Shown here one piece after another: positions 39,349 through 49,616 of a stretch of DNA of 64,000 bases. A program made the position numbers and the translations under genes. Every line of letters begins with the position of its first letter. Positions within the stretch are counted from its first letter, which is position 1. This DNA is from Candidatus Campbellbacteria bacterium (GTDB taxonomy: Bacteria; Patescibacteriota; Minisyncoccia; Phycocordibacterales; JAXHMZ01): assembly GCA_034521025.1 (NCBI GenBank), contig JAXHMZ010000004.1:41315-105314 (forward strand). Reading direction: 5' to 3'. The notes under the pieces are model-generated. The model saw nothing but the letters and a program-made list of their open reading frames with translations, was not told the DNA's origin and ran no database searches.

Positions 39349-39780
39349 TTGAATAGAGCTTTTATTAGCAACTACTTGCATTATCAAGGACTTTATGGTC
39401 AAAATAGTTCCTGTGATATGAAATATGTAGTTAAAAGAATTATTAATCTATTTCCCGGAAGGTTTCTTTTTGCCGGTCTAAATGGAAACAACCTAGGTAA
39501 AGAAGAAGATGATCGGGAGGTTATAAATATACTTGCGCGCTATAGGGAGATCAAGCAAGAACAAAACGCGATCGTAATAGAGACTGCGTTACCTATAACC
39601 GAATCCGACAAGAAAAGTGTTAGAGATATGTTGGGAGCGCCGGAGAATACTTTAGTCGTTGAGAAATTAAGTCCCGCACTAGTTAATTCGTTGCAGATAA
39701 TATATCAAGGTCAGATATATAGTTTCCAAAGCGATAATAGGTTAGAGAAAGTAAAAAAGAATTTTATACACATAAAATAG
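39349..39780 (+). CDS. Hypothetical protein.
   Basis: ORF only. The start could be ATG 39418. Confidence 0.35.
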   Translation: MNRAFISNYLHYQGLYGQNSSCDMKYVVKRIINLFPGRFLFAGLNGNNLGKEEDDREVINILARYREIKQEQNAIVIETALPITESDKKSVRDMLGAPENTLVVEKLSPALVNSLQIIYQGQIYSFQSDNRLEKVKKNFIHIK

Positions 39781-39843
39781 AGTTCCGGCGCCTTGAGTTT
39801 GTGTGCTATAGTAGCATTGTTCGATCCTAAATGAGTCAATTCT

Positions 39844-40164
39844 ATGCAAGAACTTTTGGATTATAATTGCGAGGAAATAGACAAAAAAGAACTCTCGCAA
39901 GAAGAGATAGATGAATATCTTGATGAACTTCCCGACTGGAACTTAAATGAAGATTCTACTATCTCCAAATCGGTTACTTTTGATTCATTTGCGGAAGCGG
40001 TTGAGTATGTGAATTCTGTTGCGTCAATTGCAGAGTCTGAAGATCATCATCCGGATATTGATCTGCGCTATAATACTGTTTATCTAAGACTGACCACTCA
40101 CGACCTCGGAGATCTAACACTTTGTGATTTTGTTGTCGCGGCTAAAATAAGTGGACTAAGTTAA
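39844..40164 (+). CDS. Pterin-4-alpha-carbinolamine dehydratase (PCD/DCoH).
   Basis: The SEDHHPDIDLRYNTV motif matches the PCD signature. Confidence 0.8.
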   Translation: MQELLDYNCEEIDKKELSQEEIDEYLDELPDWNLNEDSTISKSVTFDSFAEAVEYVNSVASIAESEDHHPDIDLRYNTVYLRLTTHDLGDLTLCDFVVAAKISGLS

Positions 40165-40182
40165 AAAAGTAAAAACAAAACT

Positions 40183-40434
40183 ATGGGAATTAAAGATTTC
40201 ATGACAAGAAAACTCCTTGAGCGTCAGATGAAAGATATGCCCAAGGATCAGAGGGATATGATCATAGCGGCAGTGCAAAAAAATCCCGAACTTTTTGAAA
40301 AAATATCAAAGGAAATACAAGAGAAAACCAAACAAGGCAAAAATCAAACGGCTGCCGCTATGGAGGTTATGAGAGCGCACCAGAGTGAATTACAACAAGC
40401 AATGCAAGATGTAGGTCAAAACAACAATAATTGA
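40183..40434 (+). CDS. Small hypothetical helical protein.
   Basis: ORF only. Confidence 0.35.
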   Translation: MGIKDFMTRKLLERQMKDMPKDQRDMIIAAVQKNPELFEKISKEIQEKTKQGKNQTAAAMEVMRAHQSELQQAMQDVGQNNNN

Positions 40435-40563
40435 TCTATTAAGTTTTACCTTGCGCAAAATTGAGAATAATTGTAAAACTAAACCAGTAATCCTATATAA
40501 GGATTTTGTTGTTTAAGTGAATAGAATTCTGGCTGTAGGCATTCCGAGAAAGGAGAGAGAGTT

Positions 40564-40857
40564 ATGAGACGGCTACTGGGTGTTTTCTTGCTGATCGCCC
40601 TGTCGAGCATAATAACCAGGATGAATGGTACTCCAATTGCTTGGGAGACGTTGGTAAGCTTTGTCTTGGTTATGGCGCTCCTTTGTGTGCTGTTTCTTCC
40701 GTACATAGCAAGATGGTACAACAACGGAAACAGTTGCGATGAATTGGAGGCGGAACTGACTAGACTGAGAAGAGAAAACGATGAATTGAGAAGAAAGAAC
40801 CAAGAAAAATACCAAAAAGGAATTCTAGTAAAAACAGACAAATCAAAGACTAGCTAA
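40564..40857 (+). CDS. Hypothetical two-TM membrane protein with a C-terminal coiled coil.
   Basis: An RBS aggagagag precedes the start. The C-terminus shows LEAELTRLRRENDELRRKN. A hairpin terminator at about 40863-40893 follows. Confidence 0.4.
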   Translation: MRRLLGVFLLIALSSIITRMNGTPIAWETLVSFVLVMALLCVLFLPYIARWYNNGNSCDELEAELTRLRRENDELRRKNQEKYQKGILVKTDKSKTS

Positions 40858-40923
40858 ATCAAAGCGCCCGTAGTTCAGCGGAGCGCTTTTTATTTAACGG
40901 TTTTTTGCTACAATGCGCTCTGT

Positions 40924-42027
40924 ATGAGCTTATCTATTGGCATAGTAGGTTTGCCAAATGTTGGCAAATCAACCCTTTTTAACGCGTTAACACGTAATAA
41001 TGTTTTGGCGGCTAATTATCCGTTTGCCACGATCGATCCTTCGGTGGGTGTGGTTGCAGTGCCGGATGAAAGGGTGGAAAGACTTTCTAAGTTATCAAAT
41101 TCAAAGAAAACCATTCCGGCAGTTGTCGAGTTCGTTGATATTGCCGGGTTAGTGAAGGGAGCGTCAACGGGAGAAGGTCTGGGAAATGCGTTTCTTTCAA
41201 ACGTGAGAGAAACGAACGCGATAGCGGAAGTGGTGCGAATTTTTGAAGATGAAAGTGTTACTCATGTTAGCGAAAAAATAGATCCGCTTGATGATATCGA
41301 GACAATAAACCTGGAACTGATCTTGTCCGACGAGCAAACAATAGCCAAAAGGCGCGGGAATATAGTGAGAGACGTAAAACGAGGAGACAAAGACGCCGTA
41401 GAGGAAGACAGAGCTCTCGAGAACTTAGAGAAAACACTCCGGGAAGGTGTTTTTATTTCACACAAAGGACTCAATAGTGATTTAGAAGAAAGGTTGGCAA
41501 GAGAGCTCAATCTTCTGACAGCAAAACCTCTAATTTACGTTTTAAATAAAAAAGCCGGTGCAAAAAACTTGGATGAAATAGACGACGAGAGATTTAAAAA
41601 ACTGATGAGCTTTTTAGAAGGTTCCAAAAGTGAATATGTGATCGTTGACGCAGGCATAGAAGACGAGTTAAAAGACATTGAAGCTCGTGAAAAGGGAGTA
41701 TTTCGCGAGGAACTTGGAGCGCCGGGAGATGACGGCATAAGTAACCTCATAAAATCAGGATATGCATCACTTGATCTGATCTCTTACTTCACTACCGGGG
41801 AGGACGAAACCCGTGCCTGGACAACCAAGCGAGGATCTACAGCCCCAGAAGCTGGAGCGGCGATCCATACGGACTTCAAAGAAAAGTTTATCCGAGCCGA
41901 AGTTATTTCATACGGTGAATTGATCGCGATCGGGTCTTTCGCCAAAGCCCGTTCCGAAGGAAAGATACGTACTGAAGGAAAAGAGTACGTGGTAGAAGAT
42001 GGCGATGTTATCGAGTTTAAAATTTAG
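40924..42027 (+). CDS. ychF: Ribosome-binding ATPase YchF (Obg-family).
   Basis: GIVGLPNVGKSTLFNALT is present, followed by a TGS domain at the C-terminus. Confidence 0.9.
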   Translation: MSLSIGIVGLPNVGKSTLFNALTRNNVLAANYPFATIDPSVGVVAVPDERVERLSKLSNSKKTIPAVVEFVDIAGLVKGASTGEGLGNAFLSNVRETNAIAEVVRIFEDESVTHVSEKIDPLDDIETINLELILSDEQTIAKRRGNIVRDVKRGDKDAVEEDRALENLEKTLREGVFISHKGLNSDLEERLARELNLLTAKPLIYVLNKKAGAKNLDEIDDERFKKLMSFLEGSKSEYVIVDAGIEDELKDIEAREKGVFREELGAPGDDGISNLIKSGYASLDLISYFTTGEDETRAWTTKRGSTAPEAGAAIHTDFKEKFIRAEVISYGELIAIGSFAKARSEGKIRTEGKEYVVEDGDVIEFKI

Positions 42028-42178
42028 ATATATTTAATATAATAAAAGCTTGTCATTGTTCTAATTTACTTGTCTAATATATATGATATACTGCCTTAGT
42101 AACACGCTGGACTAGATGTTTAGCTACGTTTAGCAGACTATTTGGGAATTATTTATACCTTTTACTAATTTGGGCTTT

Positions 42179-45067
42179 ATGACTAAATACGACCACAAGG
42201 ATATAGAGGAAAAATGGCAAAAATTTTGGGCGAAGCAAGATCTATATAAAGCCGTCGATAATTCAGATAAAGAAAAATATTACATTTTGGATATGTTCCC
42301 ATACCCGTCCGGTTCGGGGCTTCACGTGGGACACGTAGAGAGTTATACAGCAACCGATATCTACTCTCGTTTTAAGAGAATGCAGGGCTATAACGTTCTT
42401 CACCCAATGGGTTGGGATGCGTTCGGATTACCGGCAGAAAACTACGCAGTCAAGACTGGCGTTCCCCCGCAAGAAACCACAGACAAGTCTACTGATGTAT
42501 TTAGAGAACAGATAAAATCTCTTGGCCTTTCTTATGATTGGTCGCGAGAGATCAATACATCCTCTCCAGAATATTACAAATGGACACAGTGGCTTTTTTT
42601 GTTGCTTTACAAAAATAAACTGGCGTACAAAAAGAAAGCCACAGTAAATTGGTGTCCCGGATGTCAGACTGTCTTGGCCAATGAGCAGGTAGTGGACGGA
42701 GAGTGCGAAAGGTGTGATTCGGCCGTGGAAAAGAAAGAATTATCACAGTGGTTTTTCAACATTTTAAAATATGCCGACGAGCTAATTGATGGTTTAGATA
42801 CGGTAGACTGGCCAGAGTCTACAAAACTGGCTCAAAAAAATTGGATAGGAAAAAGCGAAGGAGCTATTTTTAGATTTCCCCTGAATAAAAAATTTCGTTA
42901 CGTGATCTTACATGGGTACGCGAGTGGCCCTGAAAAGCATTTTTTGCCTTGGCTCAGGAGGAAACTAGAGGAGCAAGGTCACTCTGTAGAAATTCCCACA
43001 CTACCGAACTCTGACGATCCAAACATTGAAGAGCAAGTAAAATATGTAAATGAAAACGTTAATTTAGATGAAGATACAATACTCTTAGGACATTCGCTTG
43101 GTACTGTAGTTGCTCTAAAGTATCTTGAAAATTCAAACAGCAAGATCCATGAGCTTGTGTTGTTCGGTGGGTTTATCGATACCGATATCAACGTAGACCG
43201 GGACTTTTTTGAGACCTTTGATTGGAAGTTTGATTTCGAGAATATAAAGGATAAGTCTCGAAGTATAAAAATTGTTCGAGACGAAAGCGATGATTCTATA
43301 CCGCCTGAACAGGCCGAAAAAATTGAACGCAGGATCGGCGGTGAGATCATAGATGTGCAGGCTCGCAAACCACATTTCAGAGATTCAGAAGAGCCAGAGG
43401 TACTGCGTACTTCACTTCCGTCAATCGAAGTGTTTACTACTCGTCCTGATACTTTATTTGGTGCTACTTATATGATCGTTTCTCCTGAGAACAGCTTGGT
43501 AGAAAAATATGCTAAATATATTGAGAATATTGATGAGGTCAGGAGTTATGTAGAGAGCGCAAAAGCGAAAACAGATATTGAACGAAGCTCAGAAGAAAGA
43601 GAGAAAACCGGGGTTGAATTAAAGGGACTGAAAGCGATAAATGAAGCAACGAAAGAGGAGCTGCCTGTGTTTGTCGCGGACTATGTTTTGAATACTTATG
43701 CTACAGGCTCGATCATGGCTGTTCCAGCTCATGATGAGAGGGATCATCAATTTGCCGAGAAGATGAATTTGCCTATTGTCGAAGTTGTATCCGGCGAAGG
43801 TGATCTGCCCAGGTCTGAGCCGGGTGTACTTATAAACTCTGGTGAATTTGATGGATTTTCTAACGCTGAGGCGAGGAGCAAAATTACTGAAGCATTTGGA
43901 GGAGAGATAAAAACAACTTATAAACTAAGAGATTGGCTAGTATCGAGACAGCGTTACTGGGGAGCACCAATTCCTATAGTGTATGATCCGGAAGGAAACC
44001 CCCATCCAATTCCCGAAAAATACTTACCGTGGGAGTTACCTACGGATGTAGATTATCAACCAAAAGGAACAGCGCCTTTGGGTTCTTCAGAAGAGCTAAA
44101 AAAGCGCACCGAAGAAATTTTTGGAGAAGGATGGACTCCGGAGATCGATACCATGGACACCTTTGTTGATTCAAGTTGGTACTATATGCGCTTTACAGAT
44201 CCACAAAACGCGGATGAATTCGCTAATAGTGAAAAATTGGATTCTTGGCTTCCCGTTGATATGTATATAGGAGGAGCGGAGCATACTGTATTGCACTTGT
44301 TGTATGCGCGATTTTTTACAAAAGTACTTCGAGATCTTGGTTATCTGGGGATAGACGAACCTTTTCAATCCCTAAGACATCAAGGTATGATACTTGGTCC
44401 GGACGGAAATAAAATGAGCAAAAGCAAGGGGAATATTGTTAACCCAGATGAAATGATGGAGCGCTTTGGAGCTGATACTGTTCGAATGTATGAGATGTTC
44501 ATGGGGCCACTAGAGCAAGCCAAAGCATGGTCTACTGACAATATGATCGGCCTAAGAAGATTCTTGGAGAAGTCATGGCGACTACAAGAAAAAGTTACAG
44601 AAAAAAGTGAGACTGCAGGTAGTATTGTAGCTCGCACGATCAAAAAAGTTACCGAAGATATTGAAAACCTCCAGTTTAATACCGCGATCTCTGCCTTAAT
44701 GATCTTAGCTAACGATTTTGATAAGAAAGAAAAGATCTTAGAGGCGGATTTCGAAGCTTATTTGCGTCTATTGGCACCATTTGCTCCACATATTACTGAA
44801 GAGATGTATCAGAATTTGGGCTATAAAACTTCAGTCCATTCGACTAAATGGCCTGAATTTAAAGAAGAAGACCTGTCTCTAGATGAGTTGACCTTAGCAG
44901 TACAGGTAGACGGTAAGGTACGAGATTCGATCACGGTTCCGAGCGAGGCGAACGAGGAAGAGATAAAACAAATGGCTCGTACCGAAAAGGTAGAAAAATG
45001 GATAGACGGCAGAGAAGTTAAAAAAATAATCGTTATACCGGGGAAGATCGTTAGTATCGTCCTATAA
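42179..45067 (+). CDS. leuS: Leucine--tRNA ligase with an inserted alpha/beta-hydrolase domain of about 175 aa.
   Basis: HIGH (HVGHVESY) and KMSKS motifs are present, along with the editing and anticodon-binding regions. Between NWIGKSEG and TTRPDT there are about 190 aa, where E. coli LeuS has about 20. Confidence 0.9.
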   Translation: MTKYDHKDIEEKWQKFWAKQDLYKAVDNSDKEKYYILDMFPYPSGSGLHVGHVESYTATDIYSRFKRMQGYNVLHPMGWDAFGLPAENYAVKTGVPPQETTDKSTDVFREQIKSLGLSYDWSREINTSSPEYYKWTQWLFLLLYKNKLAYKKKATVNWCPGCQTVLANEQVVDGECERCDSAVEKKELSQWFFNILKYADELIDGLDTVDWPESTKLAQKNWIGKSEGAIFRFPLNKKFRYVILHGYASGPEKHFLPWLRRKLEEQGHSVEIPTLPNSDDPNIEEQVKYVNENVNLDEDTILLGHSLGTVVALKYLENSNSKIHELVLFGGFIDTDINVDRDFFETFDWKFDFENIKDKSRSIKIVRDESDDSIPPEQAEKIERRIGGEIIDVQARKPHFRDSEEPEVLRTSLPSIEVFTTRPDTLFGATYMIVSPENSLVEKYAKYIENIDEVRSYVESAKAKTDIERSSEEREKTGVELKGLKAINEATKEELPVFVADYVLNTYATGSIMAVPAHDERDHQFAEKMNLPIVEVVSGEGDLPRSEPGVLINSGEFDGFSNAEARSKITEAFGGEIKTTYKLRDWLVSRQRYWGAPIPIVYDPEGNPHPIPEKYLPWELPTDVDYQPKGTAPLGSSEELKKRTEEIFGEGWTPEIDTMDTFVDSSWYYMRFTDPQNADEFANSEKLDSWLPVDMYIGGAEHTVLHLLYARFFTKVLRDLGYLGIDEPFQSLRHQGMILGPDGNKMSKSKGNIVNPDEMMERFGADTVRMYEMFMGPLEQAKAWSTDNMIGLRRFLEKSWRLQEKVTEKSETAGSIVARTIKKVTEDIENLQFNTAISALMILANDFDKKEKILEADFEAYLRLLAPFAPHITEEMYQNLGYKTSVHSTKWPEFKEEDLSLDELTLAVQVDGKVRDSITVPSEANEEEIKQMARTEKVEKWIDGREVKKIIVIPGKIVSIVL

Positions 45068-45152
45068 GCTTATGTAAATTACAAATATTTAGAAAATATA
45101 AATTTGACTATTTGTAAAATCAGTGTTAATATAAATCAAATTAAAAAAGAAA

Positions 45153-46196
45153 ATGTCCAGAAAACTAACATTTAAACCCAACCAAGTAACAAAGAAACTA
45201 ATTATAGTTCTTCCAGAACGAGCAAGAGATATAATAGTAGCTCGCTATGGACTTGGACAGAATCGCGAAAAAATGACCCTAGAAGGAATAGGGAATCTTT
45301 ATGGTATCACCAGAGAGCGCGTTAGGCAGATAGAAAACCATTCCCTAAATTCAATTCGTAAGTCAGAGCAATATGAAGAACATCAGATATCTTTCAAGGA
45401 GCTTGAAGAGATCATCAGATCTCTCGGAGGTGTAGTAGCTGAAGAGGATCTTCTAAAACATCTATCAGACAGCGAAAGGATTCAGAACCACATAGTATTC
45501 CTTTTAGAGCTAGGAAATAACTTCAAGAAACAAAAAGAAGATAAACACCTAAAGCATCGTTGGTACATTGAGGACGAATTACACGATAAGGTGCACAAAG
45601 CGATACAAGATCTCTATTCTAACCTGACTGACGAAGAGCTGGTTACTGAACCGGAGATCATCAGTCGATTTCTCGAGCACGTTAAAGATGTCTCTGAAGA
45701 ATATAGAAACGAAGAGATCGCTAGGCGGTGGCTTGGTGTTGCTAAGCATATAGATCGTAATCCTCTTGGCGAATGGGGACGATCCACTTCTCCTAATGTG
45801 AGAGTTAAGGGAATGAGAGACTACGCTTATCTGGTGATTCGAAAACATGGTTCCCCAATGCATTTTCGTGAGGTTGCCGAAAAAATTAATGAAATGTTCG
45901 GCAAGAAGGCTCATATCGCGACTACTCACAACGAATTGATAAAAGATCCTCGCTTTGTGCTTGTAGGTAGAGGTTTGTACGCTCTACGTGAGTGGGGTTA
46001 CGAAACCGGAGTGGTAAAGGATGTTATCAAATCGATACTTAAAAAACACGGACCACTTTCAAGAGAGAACATAATGGAGAAAGTTATGAAGGAGCGTTAC
46101 GTGAAAGGGAACACGATCCTCGTTAATCTCCAAGATACGGAAGTCTTTGGAAAAGACTCAAGAGGTAGGTACTATTTAAAAGGTAGCTCAAAGTAA
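45153..46196 (+). CDS. Sigma-70 region-4-like HTH protein with a C-terminal HARE-HTH domain.
   Basis: LPERARDIIVARYGL...TLEGIGNLYGITRERVRQIENHSL resembles sigma region 4.2. The C-terminal segment HFREVAEKI...RFVLVGRGLYALREWG resembles HARE-HTH. Confidence 0.5.
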   Translation: MSRKLTFKPNQVTKKLIIVLPERARDIIVARYGLGQNREKMTLEGIGNLYGITRERVRQIENHSLNSIRKSEQYEEHQISFKELEEIIRSLGGVVAEEDLLKHLSDSERIQNHIVFLLELGNNFKKQKEDKHLKHRWYIEDELHDKVHKAIQDLYSNLTDEELVTEPEIISRFLEHVKDVSEEYRNEEIARRWLGVAKHIDRNPLGEWGRSTSPNVRVKGMRDYAYLVIRKHGSPMHFREVAEKINEMFGKKAHIATTHNELIKDPRFVLVGRGLYALREWGYETGVVKDVIKSILKKHGPLSRENIMEKVMKERYVKGNTILVNLQDTEVFGKDSRGRYYLKGSSK

Positions 46197-46261
46197 AACG
46201 CTTACTCTATTTTCTTTGTAGGGAAAGACGTTCAGAATCTTTCTGATATAATGTAACTGAT

Positions 46262-47506
46262 ATGGAGCAATTTGTTCAATCATTCGAGCAAGTCACAACT
46301 GCTATAGGTCTTTTCTTGTATTTGACTTATCCAATATTACTTCCCCTGCTCCTCCTTTATGGCTTTTGGCAACTGTGGGTAACTTACGTACGTTCAAAGT
46401 TTATAGAAGATACGAAAGAGCAGGTTTTAGAGATAAAAGTACCGCGGGAAGTAAAGCGAACGCCTCTGGCAATGGAGCTTGTATTAAACGCTTTATATCA
46501 AACGGGGGGCGAGTCGACTTGGTATGATCGCTACGTTCTGGGCAAGGTGCGCTCCTGGTTTTCCCTTGAGATAGTATCGATCGGCGGCAATGTCAGGTTT
46601 TTTATATGGACCCCAGCAAAATGGAAGAACTTAATAGAGTCTCAACTATATGCTGAGTATCCCGGTATTGAAGTATTTGAATCTCCCGATTACGCGAAGT
46701 TTGTCTCATTCGATGAAAGTAAAATGGACTATTGGGGCTGTGAATTTGTGTTTTCAGAGCCGGATTATTTGCCACTAAAAACATACATGGATTACGGCAT
46801 GGATAAGCAAGCTGGTATGAAAGATGAGGATAAGGTAGATCCACTGCTTCCTACTATAGAATTTATGAGCACACTTTCTAGAAAGGAGCAGTTCTGGATT
46901 CAAATAGTAATCAGGGCTCATAAGGGTAGAAGTAAGGCCGGCGCGGGATTTTTGGGAATTTTGCCGGGCAAAGAAAAGTGGCAAGACACAGGTAAGAAGG
47001 CAATTAAAGAAACCACTGAAGCGGAGTCGAGCGGCGCTGAGGGAGCTCCTCAGTTCAAGGGACGCCTTCTCAATAAGAGTGAAGAACAGTACGTAGAAGC
47101 AATCAATAGAAACATCTCAAAGTATGGTTTTGACACTGGAGTTAGAGCTTTATATATGGGTGAAAAAGAAGCTTTTCAGGGAGCTAATATTCCAGGGTTC
47201 ATCGGTTCATTTAGACAGTTTGGCGCAAATAATTTAAACTCTTTGCGTCCTAATAACGTTACAGATTTTGATTATCCGTGGATCAAAGAGCTTAGAAAGA
47301 AAAAGCTTTCAGAGATGAAAGAAAAAATGCTAAAGGCATATAAAAGACGACAGTTTTTCCATGCCCCATTTATTAGAAAACACCAGGTGTTGAATGCCGA
47401 GCAGTTGGCCACTCTCTACCACTTCCCATCGGGAATAGTAGAAACTCCAGCCCTATCAAGAGTACAGTCACGCAAAGCTGAGCCACCTACAAACCTTCCA
47501 ACTTAA
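46262..47506 (+). CDS. Hypothetical membrane-anchored protein (414 aa).
   Basis: It has N-terminal TM helices and no recognised domain. Confidence 0.4.
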   Translation: MEQFVQSFEQVTTAIGLFLYLTYPILLPLLLLYGFWQLWVTYVRSKFIEDTKEQVLEIKVPREVKRTPLAMELVLNALYQTGGESTWYDRYVLGKVRSWFSLEIVSIGGNVRFFIWTPAKWKNLIESQLYAEYPGIEVFESPDYAKFVSFDESKMDYWGCEFVFSEPDYLPLKTYMDYGMDKQAGMKDEDKVDPLLPTIEFMSTLSRKEQFWIQIVIRAHKGRSKAGAGFLGILPGKEKWQDTGKKAIKETTEAESSGAEGAPQFKGRLLNKSEEQYVEAINRNISKYGFDTGVRALYMGEKEAFQGANIPGFIGSFRQFGANNLNSLRPNNVTDFDYPWIKELRKKKLSEMKEKMLKAYKRRQFFHAPFIRKHQVLNAEQLATLYHFPSGIVETPALSRVQSRKAEPPTNLPT

Positions 47507-47507
47507 T

Positions 47508-48473
47508 ATGGTTTTTTCACGAGTAGTCGCAGTTTTGGTTATTGTTTTCGTTTTTACTGCCTTAACAGTAAGCGCGATATTTTGGTTATCTATAACACCT
47601 AAGGCTACTGATGAGCCGGTAAAAGTTGAGATAGAACGCGGTTCAACTTTGAGCGATTCCGCTCAAAAATTAAAAGAAGCTGGGATTATCAAATCCGCTC
47701 TAGCGTTTCAAACTTATTTTCTATTTAAGGAGGACGAAAGCAAGATCGTCGCGGGTGAATATCGCTTTCTCGGAACTTCAACCGTCGAGGAGATAGCGAC
47801 TCGTTTAACCGAAGGTGATTTTGAAAATGGTTCATTAGGCATTTCTATCCCGGAAGGTTCTACCATTCAAGAGATCGCCGCTATTCTAAACAACGAATTA
47901 TCGTCTTTTGATAAGGAAGATTTTCTTAAAAAAGCGTCTCTTTTTGAGGGTTATCTTTTTCCTGATACATATATTTTTCATAAGGATGTAACTTCTGAGG
48001 AAGTAATCAGGAAAATGTATTCGAACTTTCAAAATAAAGTAGAAAGTATTGTAACCGAAGACGCTTTGGAAGATCATTCACTGAATGAAATTATCACTAT
48101 GGCTTCAATTCTTGAGGAAGAAGCGGGGAATATGGACTCTAGACAAATAATTTCCGGAATTCTTTGGAAGCGTTTAGAAAAAGGTATGCCCCTCCAAGTT
48201 GACGCTGCCTTTCTTTATGTCGATGAACTTGATGGAAAAAATACGTATTCTCTGACAACAGAAGATCTGGCGATAGAATCTCCATACAACACATATACAA
48301 ATACCGGATTACCACCAACGCCGATCACTAACCCGGGACTTGAATCTATTAGAGCGGCCGCAAATCCAATAGACTCAGAATACATTTTTTATTTATCTGA
48401 TACTCAAGGAAACACATATTATGCCGAAACGTTTGAGGAGCATATAGACAATCGTCAATTCTTGGGCAGCTAA
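47508..48473 (+). CDS. mltG: Endolytic murein transglycosylase MltG (YceG-like).
   Basis: An N-terminal TM helix is followed by a YceG domain (IPEGSTIQEIAAIL, LFPDTY, VDAAFLYV). Confidence 0.8.
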   Translation: MVFSRVVAVLVIVFVFTALTVSAIFWLSITPKATDEPVKVEIERGSTLSDSAQKLKEAGIIKSALAFQTYFLFKEDESKIVAGEYRFLGTSTVEEIATRLTEGDFENGSLGISIPEGSTIQEIAAILNNELSSFDKEDFLKKASLFEGYLFPDTYIFHKDVTSEEVIRKMYSNFQNKVESIVTEDALEDHSLNEIITMASILEEEAGNMDSRQIISGILWKRLEKGMPLQVDAAFLYVDELDGKNTYSLTTEDLAIESPYNTYTNTGLPPTPITNPGLESIRAAANPIDSEYIFYLSDTQGNTYYAETFEEHIDNRQFLGS

Positions 48474-48520
48474 AATTTTCTCGGTTTTAAATACTTGGTA
48501 AGTATAATAGTGTAAACGCT

Positions 48521-49603
48521 ATGGTTAATAAGTGGAGTGAAAAAGAAAAAGTTTTTGTCGGGATGTCGGGCGGAGTAGATTCTTCTGTTGCGGCGCTCCT
48601 GCTGAAAGAGGCGGGTTTCGAGGTAACCGGTGTTTTTATACGTGGTTGGTATCCCGAATTTCTAACTTGTAATTGGAAAGAAGATAGACGTGACGCGATG
48701 CGCGTCGCGGCGGCCTTAGACATACCCTTTTTAACTATAAACGCCGAAGAATCCTACAAGAGAGAAGTAGTCGACTATATGATCTCTGAGTATTCTCGCG
48801 GACGAACCCCGAATCCGGATGTTATGTGTAATCGACATGTAAAATTTGGGGTTTTTTACAAAGAAGCCATCAACAGAGGCGCTGATTACATAGCAACAGG
48901 TCATTATGCCAAAATGGATTCGAATAGCGAAGAAATAGAGTTAAAAATGGGCGAAGATCGAAATAAAGATCAGTCTTATTTTCTCTGGAATGTTGACAAA
49001 AGCGCGCTAACTAGCACTTTATTCCCCCTCGGTAACTATAAAAAAGAAGAAATTCGGAGTATTGCAAAGAAAAATAATTTGGTAACCGCGAACAAAAAAG
49101 ATAGCCAGGGTGTGTGTTTTCTCGGCAAGGTTTCTATGAAAGAGTTCATATCACACTATGTTTCCCCCAAAGAGGGTGAGGTCTTAGACCCTTACGGAGA
49201 GGTTATCGGTTATCACCCTGGAGCGATGTTATTTACATACGGTGAAAGAAAGGGATTTACCGTGACCAAAAAAGGAACTGAAGATAAACCACGCTATGTG
49301 GTTGCCAAAGATATAGAAAAAAATACCATAACGGTTGCAGAAAAAACTAACGACAAGTTTTCAAAATATAATAAAGAAAAAGTGCTTATTGAAAATACCA
49401 ATTGGATATCGCGAGAACCTGAAGAGAGCGAAGAATTGCTAGTGCGCTATCGTTATAGACAACCACTGATAAGGGCAAAGCTGCAAAAAAATGACGAATA
49501 TCACATTGTCATCTTTGATGAACCCCAAGAGTCCGTTACGTCCGGCCAGTCTTTGGTCGTATATAAAGACGATGTTTGTTTGGGCGGGGGTATAATCATG
49601 TAG
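48521..49603 (+). CDS. mnmA: tRNA-specific 2-thiouridylase MnmA.
   Basis: The PP-loop VFVGMSGGVDSSVAA is present, with the catalytic Cys in CNRHVKF and DSQGVCFLG. Confidence 0.9.
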   Translation: MVNKWSEKEKVFVGMSGGVDSSVAALLLKEAGFEVTGVFIRGWYPEFLTCNWKEDRRDAMRVAAALDIPFLTINAEESYKREVVDYMISEYSRGRTPNPDVMCNRHVKFGVFYKEAINRGADYIATGHYAKMDSNSEEIELKMGEDRNKDQSYFLWNVDKSALTSTLFPLGNYKKEEIRSIAKKNNLVTANKKDSQGVCFLGKVSMKEFISHYVSPKEGEVLDPYGEVIGYHPGAMLFTYGERKGFTVTKKGTEDKPRYVVAKDIEKNTITVAEKTNDKFSKYNKEKVLIENTNWISREPEESEELLVRYRYRQPLIRAKLQKNDEYHIVIFDEPQESVTSGQSLVVYKDDVCLGGGIIM

Positions 49604-49616
49604 TATACTACCCACT

